A stretch of 64,000 bases of DNA from Callorhinchus milii (taxonomy: Eukaryota), in the NCBI RefSeq assembly GCF_018977255.1, contig NW_024704743.1, positions 90,894,001-90,958,000 of the forward strand. The letters run 5' to 3'. This document shows, piece by piece, positions 36,407 through 49,876 of this stretch. Made by a program: the position numbers and the translations under genes. How positions within the stretch are numbered: the stretch's first letter is position 1; each line of letters begins with the position of its first letter. The notes under the pieces are model-generated. The model was given only the letters and a program-made list of their open reading frames with translations, ran no database searches and had not been told where the DNA came from.

Positions 36407-39400
36407 TTAGGTGGATGGCATGTACCAGAAATTCGTAGGGAACATAGTTCAGCATGAAATGCATGAAAGTATTGCCATCACCTTCCTGCTCACAACTCAG
36501 CACACGTCCCTTTCCAATGAGTGATGGTTCCACCAGTTAGAGGAGTGGAGCTTGAGCAGTATCTGCTTAACTCTCTGGGAATTAATTAAGGTGGATTCCA
36601 AGCCACAAACTTGGACTCAGCTTGTGACGTGCCAACCAACTTGATGTACTTGAGGTCCAAGACCAATACTGCGTACCAGGCTTACTCAGCACCAACTGCT
36701 TAATCCAGGTCCTCATGTGGGGGGCTTTAACTAACAAGACATGTCCGCTGTGAAGCCAACTCCATCCCCAGGGTGCTCAGCAACAAGTCAGTATAGGCTG
36801 GAGCCCTCCCTCCCTGCAGCCACTTCCCCCATTTACAACAAATCCACCTCAGTGCTTGATACCATACTTTGCAAATGGACCGGAGGAAACCTCTCAGACC
36901 CATTAAGGAGAACTGTTTCCACACAGGTCTTATATGCCATATATGATGCGCTGTATCAAATGCAAGGATCAATAAGGATTATTATCTCATTGAACCGGGG
37001 AAACTCCACTCTGATGAAAACAATTCTGGAGTGGAAATTGTGAGGGTGGGAGTGATGTAAACTTAAATTTAAGAGTTTTCCATAATTCTGCATGATTTTA
37101 TACTTAAAGGCAACAGAGTTTTACAGGCTAAAATTAGGTAATGTTTGGGTTCACCATGTTTTAGATCTGAGTCATTCGCCCTATAACTTACTCTATTATT
37201 GTACAATTGTGTTATTTAAAATAGGTTAATTCAGTTCCTTTGAATCGGCCAGACTATTATTTCCTCCAGGCTAGTTCCTCTGTGAAGGTCAGCAGCTTTC
37301 AATTTTGACACAAAAAGTAATTAACAGAAATAGAAATGTATCCAAAATTCTTTGCAAACTCCAATGATACACTGATTTTTTTTAAAAAGGGAAAGATTGT
37401 GACCAACTGTTACATGGGATAAAGCATACATGGGATAAATCACAATAAATGATTATTATAAGGACATCCCCATTTTATCGCAGAACTTAATGGTCATTGT
37501 TTCCACAAAACACTGCATTTATGGCACCAATACCTCCTCTTCCTCAAGTACTGGCTGAAATGAATATTATCCTCGTCTCAATATGGGCACTCCACCCGCC
37601 AATATACTCACAACTCTTACACTCTCAAGTGAATGCTATTATGCATTTGAAATTGAAGAACATTGAATGTTCACTTATTCTTCCCAATGTTCATTTTTTT
37701 AAAACTTGGTGACATTCCAAAATAGGGTATTTAATACAGAAAACATGAATATTCCGAGCACTTTGATGAAACCTTCACTGAAGGTTTGCCATGTGAAATT
37801 TATCAGTAAAAAATAAAAATAAATCACTACAAAAGGTTACATGACACAATGTGTTAAGATATACGTCTTCAAATGAAGTCTGAGGACGGCTAACTAGAAA
37901 AGCAACTTTCCCTAAAGGCTATCAGAGTTACTCGGTCCTTTAAGTCTTTAATAGAATAAATTGACCCAATTACAGCAATTTATTACATCCTTGGCATTTA
38001 TTAATTGGGGTTAGGCCAGAAAATGGAAATTTCCATTGGTGCAGTGAAGGTCAACATTCTGAGGCTTGGGCAATGCCTACTGACCTGCACCATAATCAAG
38101 CCTGAAGAGCTACAAACTGTCAGAGTATCAAAATATTTCTATCAAGCACAATAAAAACACTACAGTTAAATTTCATACATTTAAGTTTTAGCAAAAGTAA
38201 ATCTTAATCCTACGACTTCTAGCCATCCAGTAAGTAATGTGCATTATTCAATGTGCAATTGCTTGTGAGGTCTGATCTGTATCCCTTCCTCTTTCCACTG
38301 ACCACCCCAGGCAAAACATTTAGACTCAATGTACCATGGTAAAGCTTCGTTGCAAGAATAAAATAACTTCTCACTTTGCTTCTCCACACAAACTAACAGG
38401 CGTCAAAAGCATTTTTTTAAAAAAAATCATCATTGCTTTTTACTTATTATTGTAAAAAATAATTGCGGAATTATTTTCTACAGAATGTTAAAAAAATTAA
38501 ACTATTCCAAATTCTACTTGTAGACAAAGAAAACAAAAGAGCAAACACAAAGGCTCAACTGGACCTGTATCAGCCTAATTACCTTGAAATAATTACTGTA
38601 TTATTGTAACCTCTCAAGCCAGAAATTAAAACAAAATCCTACCTTGCTTGCAATATGCTTGCACAGAGTCTTAAGTAAACCACAGGTCATTTGAAAGTAT
38701 GAACTAACTATGTATGCTAAGAGGAAAATACTATAACCATTCCATTACACCTATGGTGATGAGCACGCATTTTAGACATGCATAAATATATAGTGCATTC
38801 CTTCCCATAAAATTATTGAAGAATTCTTCTAGCCATTAACTGTGCAAAGTTTTGTTCTGACACTGTATGTACTATTCATCATCTTAGCCTGCAACGCCTT
38901 CCTACAGATAAAAGTTATTGAACACCTAAACCATTTTAAAAACAAACCGCATCACAGTATTTTCACTTGTTCAATCAATCGCTGAATATGAAACCTATGC
39001 GGTGCAGGTCACAATTGGATTGAATCATTTTAAAACCAATAGGCAAAAGAACAGGATGATTTGCAATATTAATAAATTCTTGAAATTTCCAAAGCTTCAT
39101 CGTGTTAAAATATAGTAACAATAGCAAACAACAAGCAGCCCATGGCACAGCTTTCCAATATTGTAAATCAATATACACCGACTGTAAACAGAAACACTGG
39201 AAAACTGCAGCACGTTAATCAGCATCCAAAAGAGAAGCACAAGTTTCAAGTATGGCACTTCATTTGTTATTTTCTGGCCATCAAAAGCAAATTGTCATCA
39301 GAAAAAATTGCAACGATCGTTATTAATGATGTATGGATGCACTAATAACTTGAAGCATCCTTGCCAATGCCCATCATTGCATATTTTTAATAAAAGTGAA

Positions 39401-39651
39401 AAAAAAATAGCTTTCCTGATTCCACAGCGCCTACTGTTAGAAATAACCTTCACATGGCACGGATTCCCTGGCACAGTCTCATCTCAGCTTTTACACAATG
39501 ATTATTAGCCACTTGGGCTTTGCTTCGAAAAGGTAACGCTTGGTAATCATCATTATCATTTCCAGGCACCCATTTTACTCCAACGCAATGTGCAGTTAAG
39601 TCTTTCAGTGGAACAGAAATGTTTTAAAGCAACTCTTGGAAAACTTATGAA

Positions 39652-39914
39652 CCCTTTCTAGCCCAGGCACTTCATGTAAAAATTGGATTAATTGAATTAG
39701 TCAAAGTTTTGCAACCTTCTGAATAAAGCCAGATTAAATATATATATATACACATACACAGACAAAACACAGAAACCTTAATAATTCTAAGTCTTTTCTC
39801 ACTGGGGTGTAAATACGGTTCATGAAAAACTTCAGAGCCAGCTGAGTAGTCAGTGAGGTGGTCTAATAGGCACTGCAAGTATCCAACATTATCGGAGTCC
39901 TGAACTTGAAAGGG
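39652..39914. mobile_element. piggyBac-like MITE
   Basis: TGAA|CCCTTTCTAGCCCAGG ... CCTGAACTTGAAAGGG|TTAA: CCCT-starting imperfect TIRs with a TTAA-type site. Confidence 0.55.
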
Positions 39915-40134
39915 TTAAAAAGGAGCGACTAACTCCCACTCAACATGATTTTGAAGAGAAGTGACTGGCCCAGGATTGAGGAAAGAATCCCTTCTTTCTT
40001 AAACTTTCAACTTTGCAACCGGCCTTAGGAAACTGGAAGAGACATTGTATTCATAAACGTAGGACTGCTTGTGGAATATTCATTGCATTTTTCATTTCAT
40101 GGTAAAATATTAAAATGAAAACTGAATGAAACAC

Positions 40135-40400
40135 TGCTAGTTTGTTTCCACGAGCATATCCAGTACCTGCAACGTGGCTAGTCTTCACATGTTTGAAAAT
40201 GAGCTGAGCTCATCCAACTACCACACATATGCACTTGAATCAGAGATCACTCGCTCACTGTGCAGGGATTTTGTTCAATTTTGCTTCTCCATAGTCTCGA
40301 TAAACGCAAGGGCAATCTAGTATCATACTCACCCGCCTGATTAACAGCACAGTTCAGAGATCAAACTGGAGACCAGGACTGTTCAGACAAAATCATACGG
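40135..40400 (-). mobile_element. Ancient AmnSINE2-like SINE
   Basis: Reverse motifs TTCCACGAGC, GTACC...GTGGCTAGTCTTCAC, CACACATATGCACTT. Confidence 0.4.
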
Positions 40401-40514
40401 GCATTAATCTATGGAGAGCTGAAAGGTCACTTTTCAATTAATATTTTAAAAAGGTTTGTACAAAAAAAAGCTTGCATTATGCCCCATGGGCCAAAGATGC
40501 AGTAATGCAGTCAA

Positions 40515-40852
40515 TAAAGTTTGCTGAGTTTGCTGATCTCAGTCATAGCAGAAGATGGGTGTTATATTTGGCCTTGTGCTCCTGAGCTGGAGGAATGGAA
40601 GAGGAAGTGAAAAAAATCACTAGGGTTCAGAGCCTATCCCCTGTTGAAGGGCATGAGTGTGTTTGATGTGCATGTTGTATTGAGCAAGGGCAAGGCTGAG
40701 CTCACCTCACCCATTATTCAATAGCTTGCTGACACTCACTCTCCTGGCTCACATCTTTAAAATGAAAGCTTGGGCGGGATACTTGGATGCTGATGCGATC
40801 AGAATAACCCTATCTCAGTAAGCATCAATTCCTTAAAGAGGGAGAAAATTAA
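40515..40852 (+). mobile_element. Ancient AmnSINE2-like SINE
   Basis: GCTGAGTTTGCTGATCTCAG...AATAGCTTGCTGACACTCACT...GGCTCACA...GGGAGAAAATT. Confidence 0.55.
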
Positions 40853-43194
40853 TAAAAAAAGAGGTAAAATCACTTCAACAGTATAGAATAATTGTTTGTA
40901 TAATTCCCTACCATCTTATTCCCTATACTTTCTGAATAACTATATTGTTCTCCAATACAGGTTTGATTAACTTACAAGAAGGGTTTCTGGACACTTTTCA
41001 TAGACTTTAGAATTTTTCTAAGCCACAGACACAAATTGGCAATTTTGGAAACCTCTGTAACATAGCTCATTTAATCGGCAGTCAATATGAAAGCATCGAC
41101 TTGAAATCAGCTGCATGGTCATAAACTTAGCACCCACTTCTTGTTCAGATGATACCCCAATACAATTTGAAAGAGATTTTCTCTCAGAGGACACTGAGAT
41201 TTGATGGATGCACAACATAATGGAAGTGCTTTTTAGCGGCAATGGGTTTTCAGGTTAAAATCACCGAGAGAGAAAGCAAGATATTATGCGTCACAGTTAT
41301 TTGATGTTCAGCTGGCTCAAAATTCAAATAGAACAGGTATGTACCTATTAAGTTTCACCAGAGGGTGAAGGGAGATGGCTTTTGTGAAGTAAGTGATCTG
41401 GAAAAGGGAAATGGCAGCAGCAGGCTTGGGGAATGTGAACATCAATCGGGAACAAGATTGAAGATCAAGCAAAGCATTGTCACTGTGATCAGGTTCAACT
41501 GTTTTCTAATGTGAGCCGTGACTTGTTTTGATGTTACATTCAAGGGCTGGCACACTCAAATATCTACTCCATCTGTCAAGTTACAATTGTTCCATAAACC
41601 TGTGACTAGAGTTAATTTTTGGCACTTCCTAATATATTTGTACAGTGAAGTGAATCATCCAGGTTTTCTGCATGAGATGGCAGCTAATTCTATGTGGGCT
41701 CCACGCTCATGAAAACTTGGAAGAAAAATTTTAAACACTTTTTCCTCTTGGGTTATGGCTGAGTAGGTGAGGGGAAATGAGGGAAGAATGTATATATTGA
41801 AACTAGTTCAGACAATTCTGTTCAAATTTGAGCAATTACATTTCATTTCCTAGTTACAATATTAAGCAATTTGCTTCACCTTATTCAAACCCAGCAGTTG
41901 GTGACACGTCTCTGGTATTTGCAATTAGGTAAGCTGATTCGGTATAAAAGTTGTTTCAATGAATGTTCTCCACAGTGCATTTCACACAGCCACACAATCA
42001 GTATTACCACCACGTTTCACCCAAACGGTAAGATGACATTGTGATGTTTTATAAATTGGAATAGGCCTTTCTCTATAATGCAAATGTTTAGTCAGCCCCA
42101 ATTCAAAGCTGGATCTCCTCCAGGTCCTTTAATCTTTAAACTGATTTAGGAGATACATTAAGTTTAACAGGTTTAATAAATAATGGAAAGGATGTAAAGA
42201 TTGTATTATTATTTTTTTTAGATGGGGAAGGAAAGCAACATTATTCTGGGGCGTATAGTAGAAAAGGAGTGTAGACAAAAGATGTGTGTGTGTTTGTATA
42301 TATGTATGCTTTGGAGGAAGCAAATCTGTAGCATACATCAATGATCATGTCACAAACTGAATGTAACCTTTTGAACAGCCCCAACACCCTACGATTTTGA
42401 AGTGAACGATAACAAACAATGAATGAAGAAAAGTGATGCAGTGTAGATACTGATACCAAGCTCCACGGCCTAAAACTGATAATTCTAAAAGGCAGCATTA
42501 TAATTCAGTACTTCAACTATTTTGTTCCTAGGGCTAGAACCTATCCCCTGCAATCCCCCTCAACCCCATACTACAGTATTGAAATTTATATAAATATTAC
42601 AGTACTTCATTCTTATTGTTTGCTCTTCTTCAATTACAATTAAGCACTGGCTTCTGACACCATGAGGAAGAACTGAAAGCAGAAATCACATTTGGAGCCA
42701 TTACTGCTGACTAAAGCCTGATCTTATACCACCATCAGGATCAGCTCTGTTGAGCCTTTTTGTATATCAGAGTTTAAATAATGGAAATTCCTCCCATTTT
42801 TAAAAGGAGTTCAACAATTTACATTTAGGGAATGTACACCATTCGAGCCTCAAATTCCACGTGTTCTCAAAAGTTTCTGGAAAAAACATTTCAGAATCTC
42901 AGTTTTCTGGCACCAAAGACGACCATTTGTGTTGGGAGGAGATTTGCTGTTAAGGAGCAGTGAGTGAAGAGCCAGTTTTCCTCATCTTTGTGTGAAGCAT
43001 TAGAAGCAGCAGCAGCAACAGTAGCTTCAGTAACATACACTTATGGTGAATTGTCCAGTGAGGCTGTAAGAACAAAAAAAGGCACATCATTACTAAGTTC
43101 ACAATATCAGGGAGCCAATCCAGGGAGATGCATTACTATTATTGTTGATACACTGTCAAAACATTTCAAAGCCCTGTATTAGATTTACTGTAAA

Positions 43195-43624
43195 TCCACG
43201 ACTGTTTGTGGGACACTGCTGTGCATGTTTCGCCCACAAAACATAGTCAATTCACTTTACAGTATATTCTATGAAGCGCTTTGAGATAAGGCACTATATC
43301 AAATGCAAGGATTATTATTATTATTAAGTGTAGTGACTGTCTATTTTGTAGATGGACATGTCAGCCAATTTGTACACAGCAATGCATGCAAACAGTCATG
43401 AAGTGAGTGACCAATTTTATTTGGGGGATTGTTGGTCAGGACACTGAGAGAAACTCTCTTCTCTTTTCAAACAGTGCCAGTGCACTGTGCAGTGTCAGTG
43501 CAGCTGCCTCAGGATAATAATAATAATAATCCTTGCATTTGATATAGCGCTTTTCACGTCGGGAGGACGTCCCAAAGCGCTTCACAGAACACACTGTAAA
43601 GTGAATTGACTGTATATTTGTGGG
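43195..43624. mobile_element. Cluster of SINE fragments (plus 43195-43325, Deu minus 43330-43480, minus 43515-43624)
   Basis: Family tails and bodies read directly. Confidence 0.75.
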
Positions 43625-43854
43625 TATGTAGAAACCTTGGTAGAAAATTGCCTGATTCTCTCATCCTCCACACATGGTCATTACATTCCACACGGAGAGA
43701 ACCGAGGGGGTAAGAAATAAGAACTACATATTCAATAGGAAGAGTTGGGGGGACAGTACCTATCCTTCCAGATAGTCTTGAAAATAAATTTCTATCTTAA
43801 GTAGCTCCTCTGAGCAGGGGTACTTCTACACTAGGGCAAAATAAGAGCTTAGTA

Positions 43855-44224
43855 AGCCTTGCATTTTTCTGATATAGTGCCTTATCACGTCTTCAAGAAG
43901 TCTCAAAGCATGTCACAGAATATAGAGTAAAGTGAATTGACTGTATATTTTGTGGGCGAAACGCAGCAGCCAATTGCACGCAGCAGTGTCCCACAAACAG
44001 TTGTGGATTGAGTGACCAAATTATTATTTTTAAAATTTATTTTGAAGGGATTATTACCCCCTGAAAAGCGATCTGCCAATCGACTGACAACCAGGTCCCT
44101 ACTTACTGTTAGGTAAACAGAGGCCTGTGTGGAGTAAGGAAACCTGCCTAAGTTTTCGCCTTGCTCGGGAAACAAACCTGGGTCCTCTTGCTTGTGAGGC
44201 AAGTACTCTAACCACTGGCTCCAC
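43855..44224 (-). mobile_element. Long-variant tRNA SINE
   Basis: Reverse copy including AGGTAAACAGAGGC and GCCAATCGACT (the long-variant insert). Confidence 0.85.
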
Positions 44225-46454
44225 CATAATACACAAAACAGCATATCCCCTTAGCTTTAGTTATAACCAGCAGAACTAAACAATACATTGATATGTTTCT
44301 AACAATGACTGCTTGTCAAAACTATAATGAGGTAATGCAGTACTATTTCCTCTAGTTCATTTTGCAGCTATTCTACACATTGTATCTTTGTTTTCAAGAA
44401 TTCCTATTTCCTGTATGAAAACTGTAGCAGAGCACGACCTTGGAGGTCTGGTTGGATTTAATTAGCAATGTTGCCCTCACAATCATGTTCCGAAAACCAT
44501 GCTCTTCTGTACAACAAATGATAAAATACAAGGCGGGAAAAAATCTAGCCATTGTTTATTAAAAATTGCAAATCAGTCACAATACAATAAATAGTCTCTC
44601 GATCTTAATTTTTCTCAAACAATAGCTCCACAGTTAAGAGTCTAAATTGTATTTACATTTTAAGATCATTAAATTCTCCTAACTACATAAGAATGAATTT
44701 TACTGGAAAGATATGAGAATTTGGCAGCTTAGGACCTATAAAACACAGTCACACCACTTTAGTGTATATCCTATGAAGCGCTTTTCGACGTCTTCACAAC
44801 ACAATAAGGCACCATATCAAATAAAAGAAAAAGGAATATATTTTTTCCAAGTTCTGTAATCTGGTGACCTCAAACTGTACAAAGCTTAGATATCTGAGTC
44901 TTGCTGACAGCATGAAGAGAAAATAATATAATAATCCTTGCATTTGATACAGCACCTTATCATGTCTTCGAGATGTCTCAAAGGGCTTCACAGAATATAC
45001 TGTAAAGTGAATTGAATGTATATTTTGTGGGCAAAGAGAATGCAGAAGTACACCTGATAGTATTGAGAGGATCTGTATACACCCACAACAACAGTATACA
45101 CTTGTACAGGCCTTTTACATCAGGAGGACTTCTCCAACCGCTTCACACAGCAGTTCAATATGCAGCCGCATCATTTAGAACCAAAGCCGAAAAATCATGA
45201 CAATCCTATTATCGGAAGAATAGAGAGGGATTGGTGGATTGTGAATGGCGAGAATAGTGTGCGCCGGTTAGGTTGTGAATGGTGAGAGTGGCTACCTTGC
45301 AGCACATCCCAGGGAGATCACAAACCTGTATGATTTAAGTCACGTAAATTTCAATGATTAGGATCTCCCATTGGTATGTAGGTTTTCAGCCATTCTGCTC
45401 CTCTCTCTGGAACGGCACCCGACTCGCTCTCTCCTTCCCTTCCTCTTTCAAGGCATGCCTCAAAATGCACATCTTTGAACTCTCTTTCAGTCATCTTTCC
45501 CCTCCCCACCCCTAACTCGGCTCTCTCCCCCAGCTTGGTCCCATTTTGCACTGAATGCACATTGGGACACCCTCCCTACATTAAATTTAAATTGTATTGT
45601 GCTGTATTCACTCAGCACCTATTGAGCAAGAAAAACATGCGGTTTTCTGAAGAACAATTTATCATCAGTAATTAACTCATTCAAGATACCAAAGACAATT
45701 ATATACACTGCTGAGAAAGCAATAGTCATAAATTTTGTTGACAACAGAAAAAAGACAGGTCTGATGATCACCTGGGGCCACTGGAAGGAAAGGTGCCAAA
45801 ATACTTTTTGAGGGGATTTTAAAGTTGGTGTTGACCATATTGGTGAAATGGAAAGTGTGTAAACCATTGCACAAAAGATTGTAAACTGCTCCAGAACCCA
45901 ATAACATCAACAAAATTCTTTCTGCTCCATTTAAAGATTTACTGCTGCAGCAATTCAATTTCTGCCATTAAATACCGCAGCCTTGAGCGCAAAACCTTTC
46001 AACACTGAAGCACAACAGCACATTGACCTTCTGGAGATTTTACCATCGTTATCAGAAAATAAAACTGTTCTCTTCAAGGCCTGGATTTTTCTTATATCTC
46101 TTCAATCAAATGCAGTTCAGGAGGGAGCACAGTATTGTTGGACATCCTTTGGATGAAATGTTAAACTAAGGTCCATCCTACCTGGATTAAAGATCCAGAT
46201 GGACTATTTGAAAAGAGAATTGGTTGCCGCATTCTCCTATAAATTCAGTCATTATACTTTACAGAAATTTTGTGAAGCTCTTTGAGACATTGACTTCATT
46301 GGCACTATTTCAAATGGAAGGATTGCTATAAAAGAAAATGGCCTGTTCTTGTGTTCCTGCATGCTTGCCTATTAGTAATAATATTAATAATGATTCTTGC
46401 ATTTGATATCGTGCCTTAACATGTTATTGAGACATCACAAAGCGCTCCACAGGA

Positions 46455-46590
46455 TATACCAGAGGATCGAATTCAAGATCCTCATCCTCACCTACAAGAC
46501 CATTCACGGCCTTGCTCCCTCCTACCTCTCCGATCTACTATCCCCCTACTTACCTGCCCATAGCCTCCATTCCTCTGGCTCCGGCCTTAT
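46455..46590 (+). mobile_element. L2 ORF2 fragment
   Basis: RIEFKILILTYKTIHGLAPSYLSDLLSPY. Confidence 0.85.
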
Positions 46591-46844
46591 ATTTTATGGA
46601 ATTAGGAATTGTCCCTCCAGAAAGAGAGTGCGCATTCCAATATGTGAATTTCCATGTTTAGGCGTTATACTTGGAACTCTCAGACTGGTCTGGATACTCA
46701 TAAGCAACAGTGATGTATTTTTACATGTCTCACACATCCAGCTGACCAAAAAAAAAGCTAAATACAGTGGATGTTAAAATGATCACATTTGATCACAATT
46801 TTTCTGATATTGTTTCCTTAAACTGAAGTATATTTGCTGCTTAC

Positions 46845-47703
46845 ATGTAATTGATGTAGTTTATATGGATTTTCAAAAGGCGTCTGATAAAGTGCTACAT
46901 AAGAGACTTGTAAGCAAAATAGAAGCCCACGGTATTAAAGGACAGTGGCAGCATGGATACAGAACTGGCTGGGATACAGAAAGCAGGGAGTGGTGGTGAA
47001 CGGTAGGTTGTTTTTCTGACTGGAGGGAAGTGTACAGTGATATCCCCCAGGGGCCGCTATTGGGACCACTGGTGTTTTTGATCTATATAAATGACATGGA
47101 CTTGGGTATAGGGAGTACAATTTCCAAGTTTGCAGATGATACTAAGCTGGGAAAAGTAATAAACAGTGAGGAGGATAGTAGCAGACTGCAAGAGGACATA
47201 GACCGACTGGTAAAATGGGCAGAGACGTGGCAGATGAAGTTTAATGTGGAGAAATGCGAAGTGATGCATTTTGGGAGGAAGATTGAGGAGAGGCCATATA
47301 AGCTGATGGTACAATCTTAAAGGGGGTGAAGGAACAGAGAGACCTGAGGGCTCATATAAGTAAATCTTTGAAGGTGGCAGAACAGGTAGATACAGCTGTT
47401 AAAAAAACAGATGGGATACAAGGCTTTATAAATAGGGGCATAGAATACAAAAGTCAGGAAGTTATGATGAACCTTTATAAACCACTGGTTCGGCCTCAGC
47501 TGGAGACTGTGTTCAGTTCTGGTCCCCACACTTTAGGAAGAATGTCAAGGCATTGGAGAGGGTGCAAAGGAGATTTACCAGGATGGTACCAGGAATGAGG
47601 GACTTCAGTTATCAGGAGAGGCTAGAGAAGCGAGGATTATTCTCCTTGGAGCAGAGAAGGTTAAGAGGAGACTTAATAGACGTTTTCAAAATTATGATTC
47701 TAC
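46845..47703 (+). mobile_element. CR1 LINE RT fragment (subfamily A)
   Basis: DVVYMDFQKA, IPQGPLLGPLVFLIYIND, SKFADDTKLGK. Confidence 0.94.
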
Positions 47704-49280
47704 GATAACGTTGAAGTTAGGAACTACAGTCGGAAAGTTTTTCTTTTTCAAAGAAAATCTCCTAGCAAAGGTCACTGGTTTGGAACTAATTGATTTATTC
47801 CATTAAATCACTTAATGCTATTCTGTAAACTGTAATGAAACTCGCTACAGTAGATTGGAAGCAGTTCGGGCAGAGCAAAAGTGATTTCATTGCAAAACAG
47901 TGGGAACGTCCAAGATGCTTGTTGAAGCTTGTTTTACCCAACCCCTCCCATGACTCACAAGAAGTCATTGTTGCATTGTATTGCAAGGTTTTGCATCTGT
48001 TATGGAAAAAAAAGTCTTTTGCTATAACAACCAGGAACAATAAGATTTTAAAAGATACATTCTATAACCATGCGAATTTCCACTCCTTTTTTTTAAAGAA
48101 AATGCTTAGGAAAAGTGCATTGGATGGATGCACTTTTCGTTTTGAAAATACAATGAAATATGACTCAATTTAATACCATAATGAGCATATGAAAACAGGA
48201 TAATCAAAGAAAGAGAAAGGGTACATTTACTTATAGAGGAGCATAGAATTCACTTGATGGCTGTTTGTGGGACATTGCTGTGAACAAAGTGGCTGCACAC
48301 AAATACACTTAACAACAATATCTTGTGAAGCACTTCCGGATGTCTCAATGCTATGATAAATTAAATGCCAGGATTATTATTTCTATTTGCACTTAGCACT
48401 GCTTTACTGAGTTTCTACATTAAATAGAAGTTAAAAGTGCATATAAATCAGATTTTAAAGAGTGTCAGTTTGATTCTGAGCCCTGGTCTCAAAAGGATTT
48501 GATGCTATTAGTTACAGCATGAATTCAATTTAGCTCTGCTGATTTCCATCAAATGTTGAAACTTAAAGATTACATTTAAAATTTATTTGAAATGGGCCTT
48601 AAAGACATTTTAATGTTATTCGGGGAAGGTTGTGCTCTCAATTCTTCAACAACATTAAAAAAAGAGTCACTGTTCATTGTCGCCTGGTCGAGTTCTGTGG
48701 AGGGAGACACTCTCCTCTGCTTCGAGGCCTCATGGACATTTTTCACACAGCAACACATTCGACAACAAGTGTTTTTCCTTGCAATTGCTATAGCACCTTT
48801 CATATGAGGAAGATGTCCCAAAGCGCTTCATATGATATACTGTAAAATGTGCTGACTGTGTGTTTTGTAGGGGAATGTGGCAGCAAAGTTGCACACAGCA
48901 ATGTCAGATAAACAGCAGGAGACGAGGAGAAAGAAACTCCCTTCTCTTCGAATGGTGTCATGGGATCTTTAACATCCACCTGAACAGACAGACAGGACTT
49001 GATTTAACATCTCATCCGAAGGACGGCACCTCCAACAATGCAGCACTCGCCCAGCATTTTAGTTAAAAAAACACAAGACAAAATACTACAGATGCCGAAA
49101 ATCTGAAATTAAAACAGAAGTCACTGGGAACACTCAGCAGGTCAGGTAGTATCTATGGAGCATTTATTACCTTTATTACCTTAAAGGTTTTGTTGAACAC
49201 ATTCAACACTAACAAGTCGTTATATCAAATGTATTGTTTTTATTCCAGATTATCACCACCCTTTTTTTAATGTCTCAAAA

Positions 49281-49876
49281 TGTTCTGATGAAAGGTCATC
49301 AACAACAACAACAACAACAAGATTCCATTTATAAAGCGCCTTTCACGTCAGGAGGACGTCCCAAGGCGCTGCACAGTTGGGTCATGACCCGAGCAGGGGG
49401 GAAATGGTCAGGGTGAGAGGAGGGAAGGGAGGGAGCGAGGAGGGGGAAGAGAGTCGAGAGGGGAGCTGAAGGCACGGTCAAAGAGAAAGGTTTTGAGACT
49501 GGCCTTGAAGGAGGAAAGGGAGGAAGCGGCGAAGGCACTGGGGGATGGAGTTCCAGAGCCTCGGGGCTGAGAGGCTGAAGGCCCGACCACCGATGGTAGG
49601 GCGGTTGGGGCGGGGGACGTGGAGCAGACCAGAGCCAGAGGAACGGAGGGTACGGGCAGGTAGGTAGGGGATAGTAGGTTGGAGAGGTAGGAGGGAGCAA
49701 GGCCGTGAATGGCCTTGTAGGTGAGGATGAGGATCTTGAAATTAATCCTCTGGGGGATGGGGAGCCAGTGGAGGCGAGTGAGGGTGGGAGTGATGTGGTC
49801 CCGAAGCCTGGTGCGGGACAGTACACGAGCTGCAGAGTTCTGAGGACGTTAAATCATCGACCTGAAACGTTAACTC
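49281..49876 (+). ncRNA. Minimal hammerhead ribozyme motif, interrupted by L2
   Basis: Removing the L2 and one TCATC gives GTT-CTGATGA-A-AGGTC-ATC-GACCT-GAAA-CG-TT-AAC. Confidence 0.6.
49301..49853 (-). mobile_element. Young L2 3' portion with TCATC TSD
   Basis: (CAA)n GATTCCATTTATAAAGCGCC tail; TCATC at 49296-49300 and 49854-49858. Confidence 0.93.

Noticed and set aside
37005..37040. CTGATGA inside a small hairpin as a possible second hammerhead
   Set aside because: No stem II/GAAA/NUH arrangement
47835..48173. 112-aa ATG-initiated ORF
   Set aside because: No recognisable motifs; length compatible with chance in a 64 kb window
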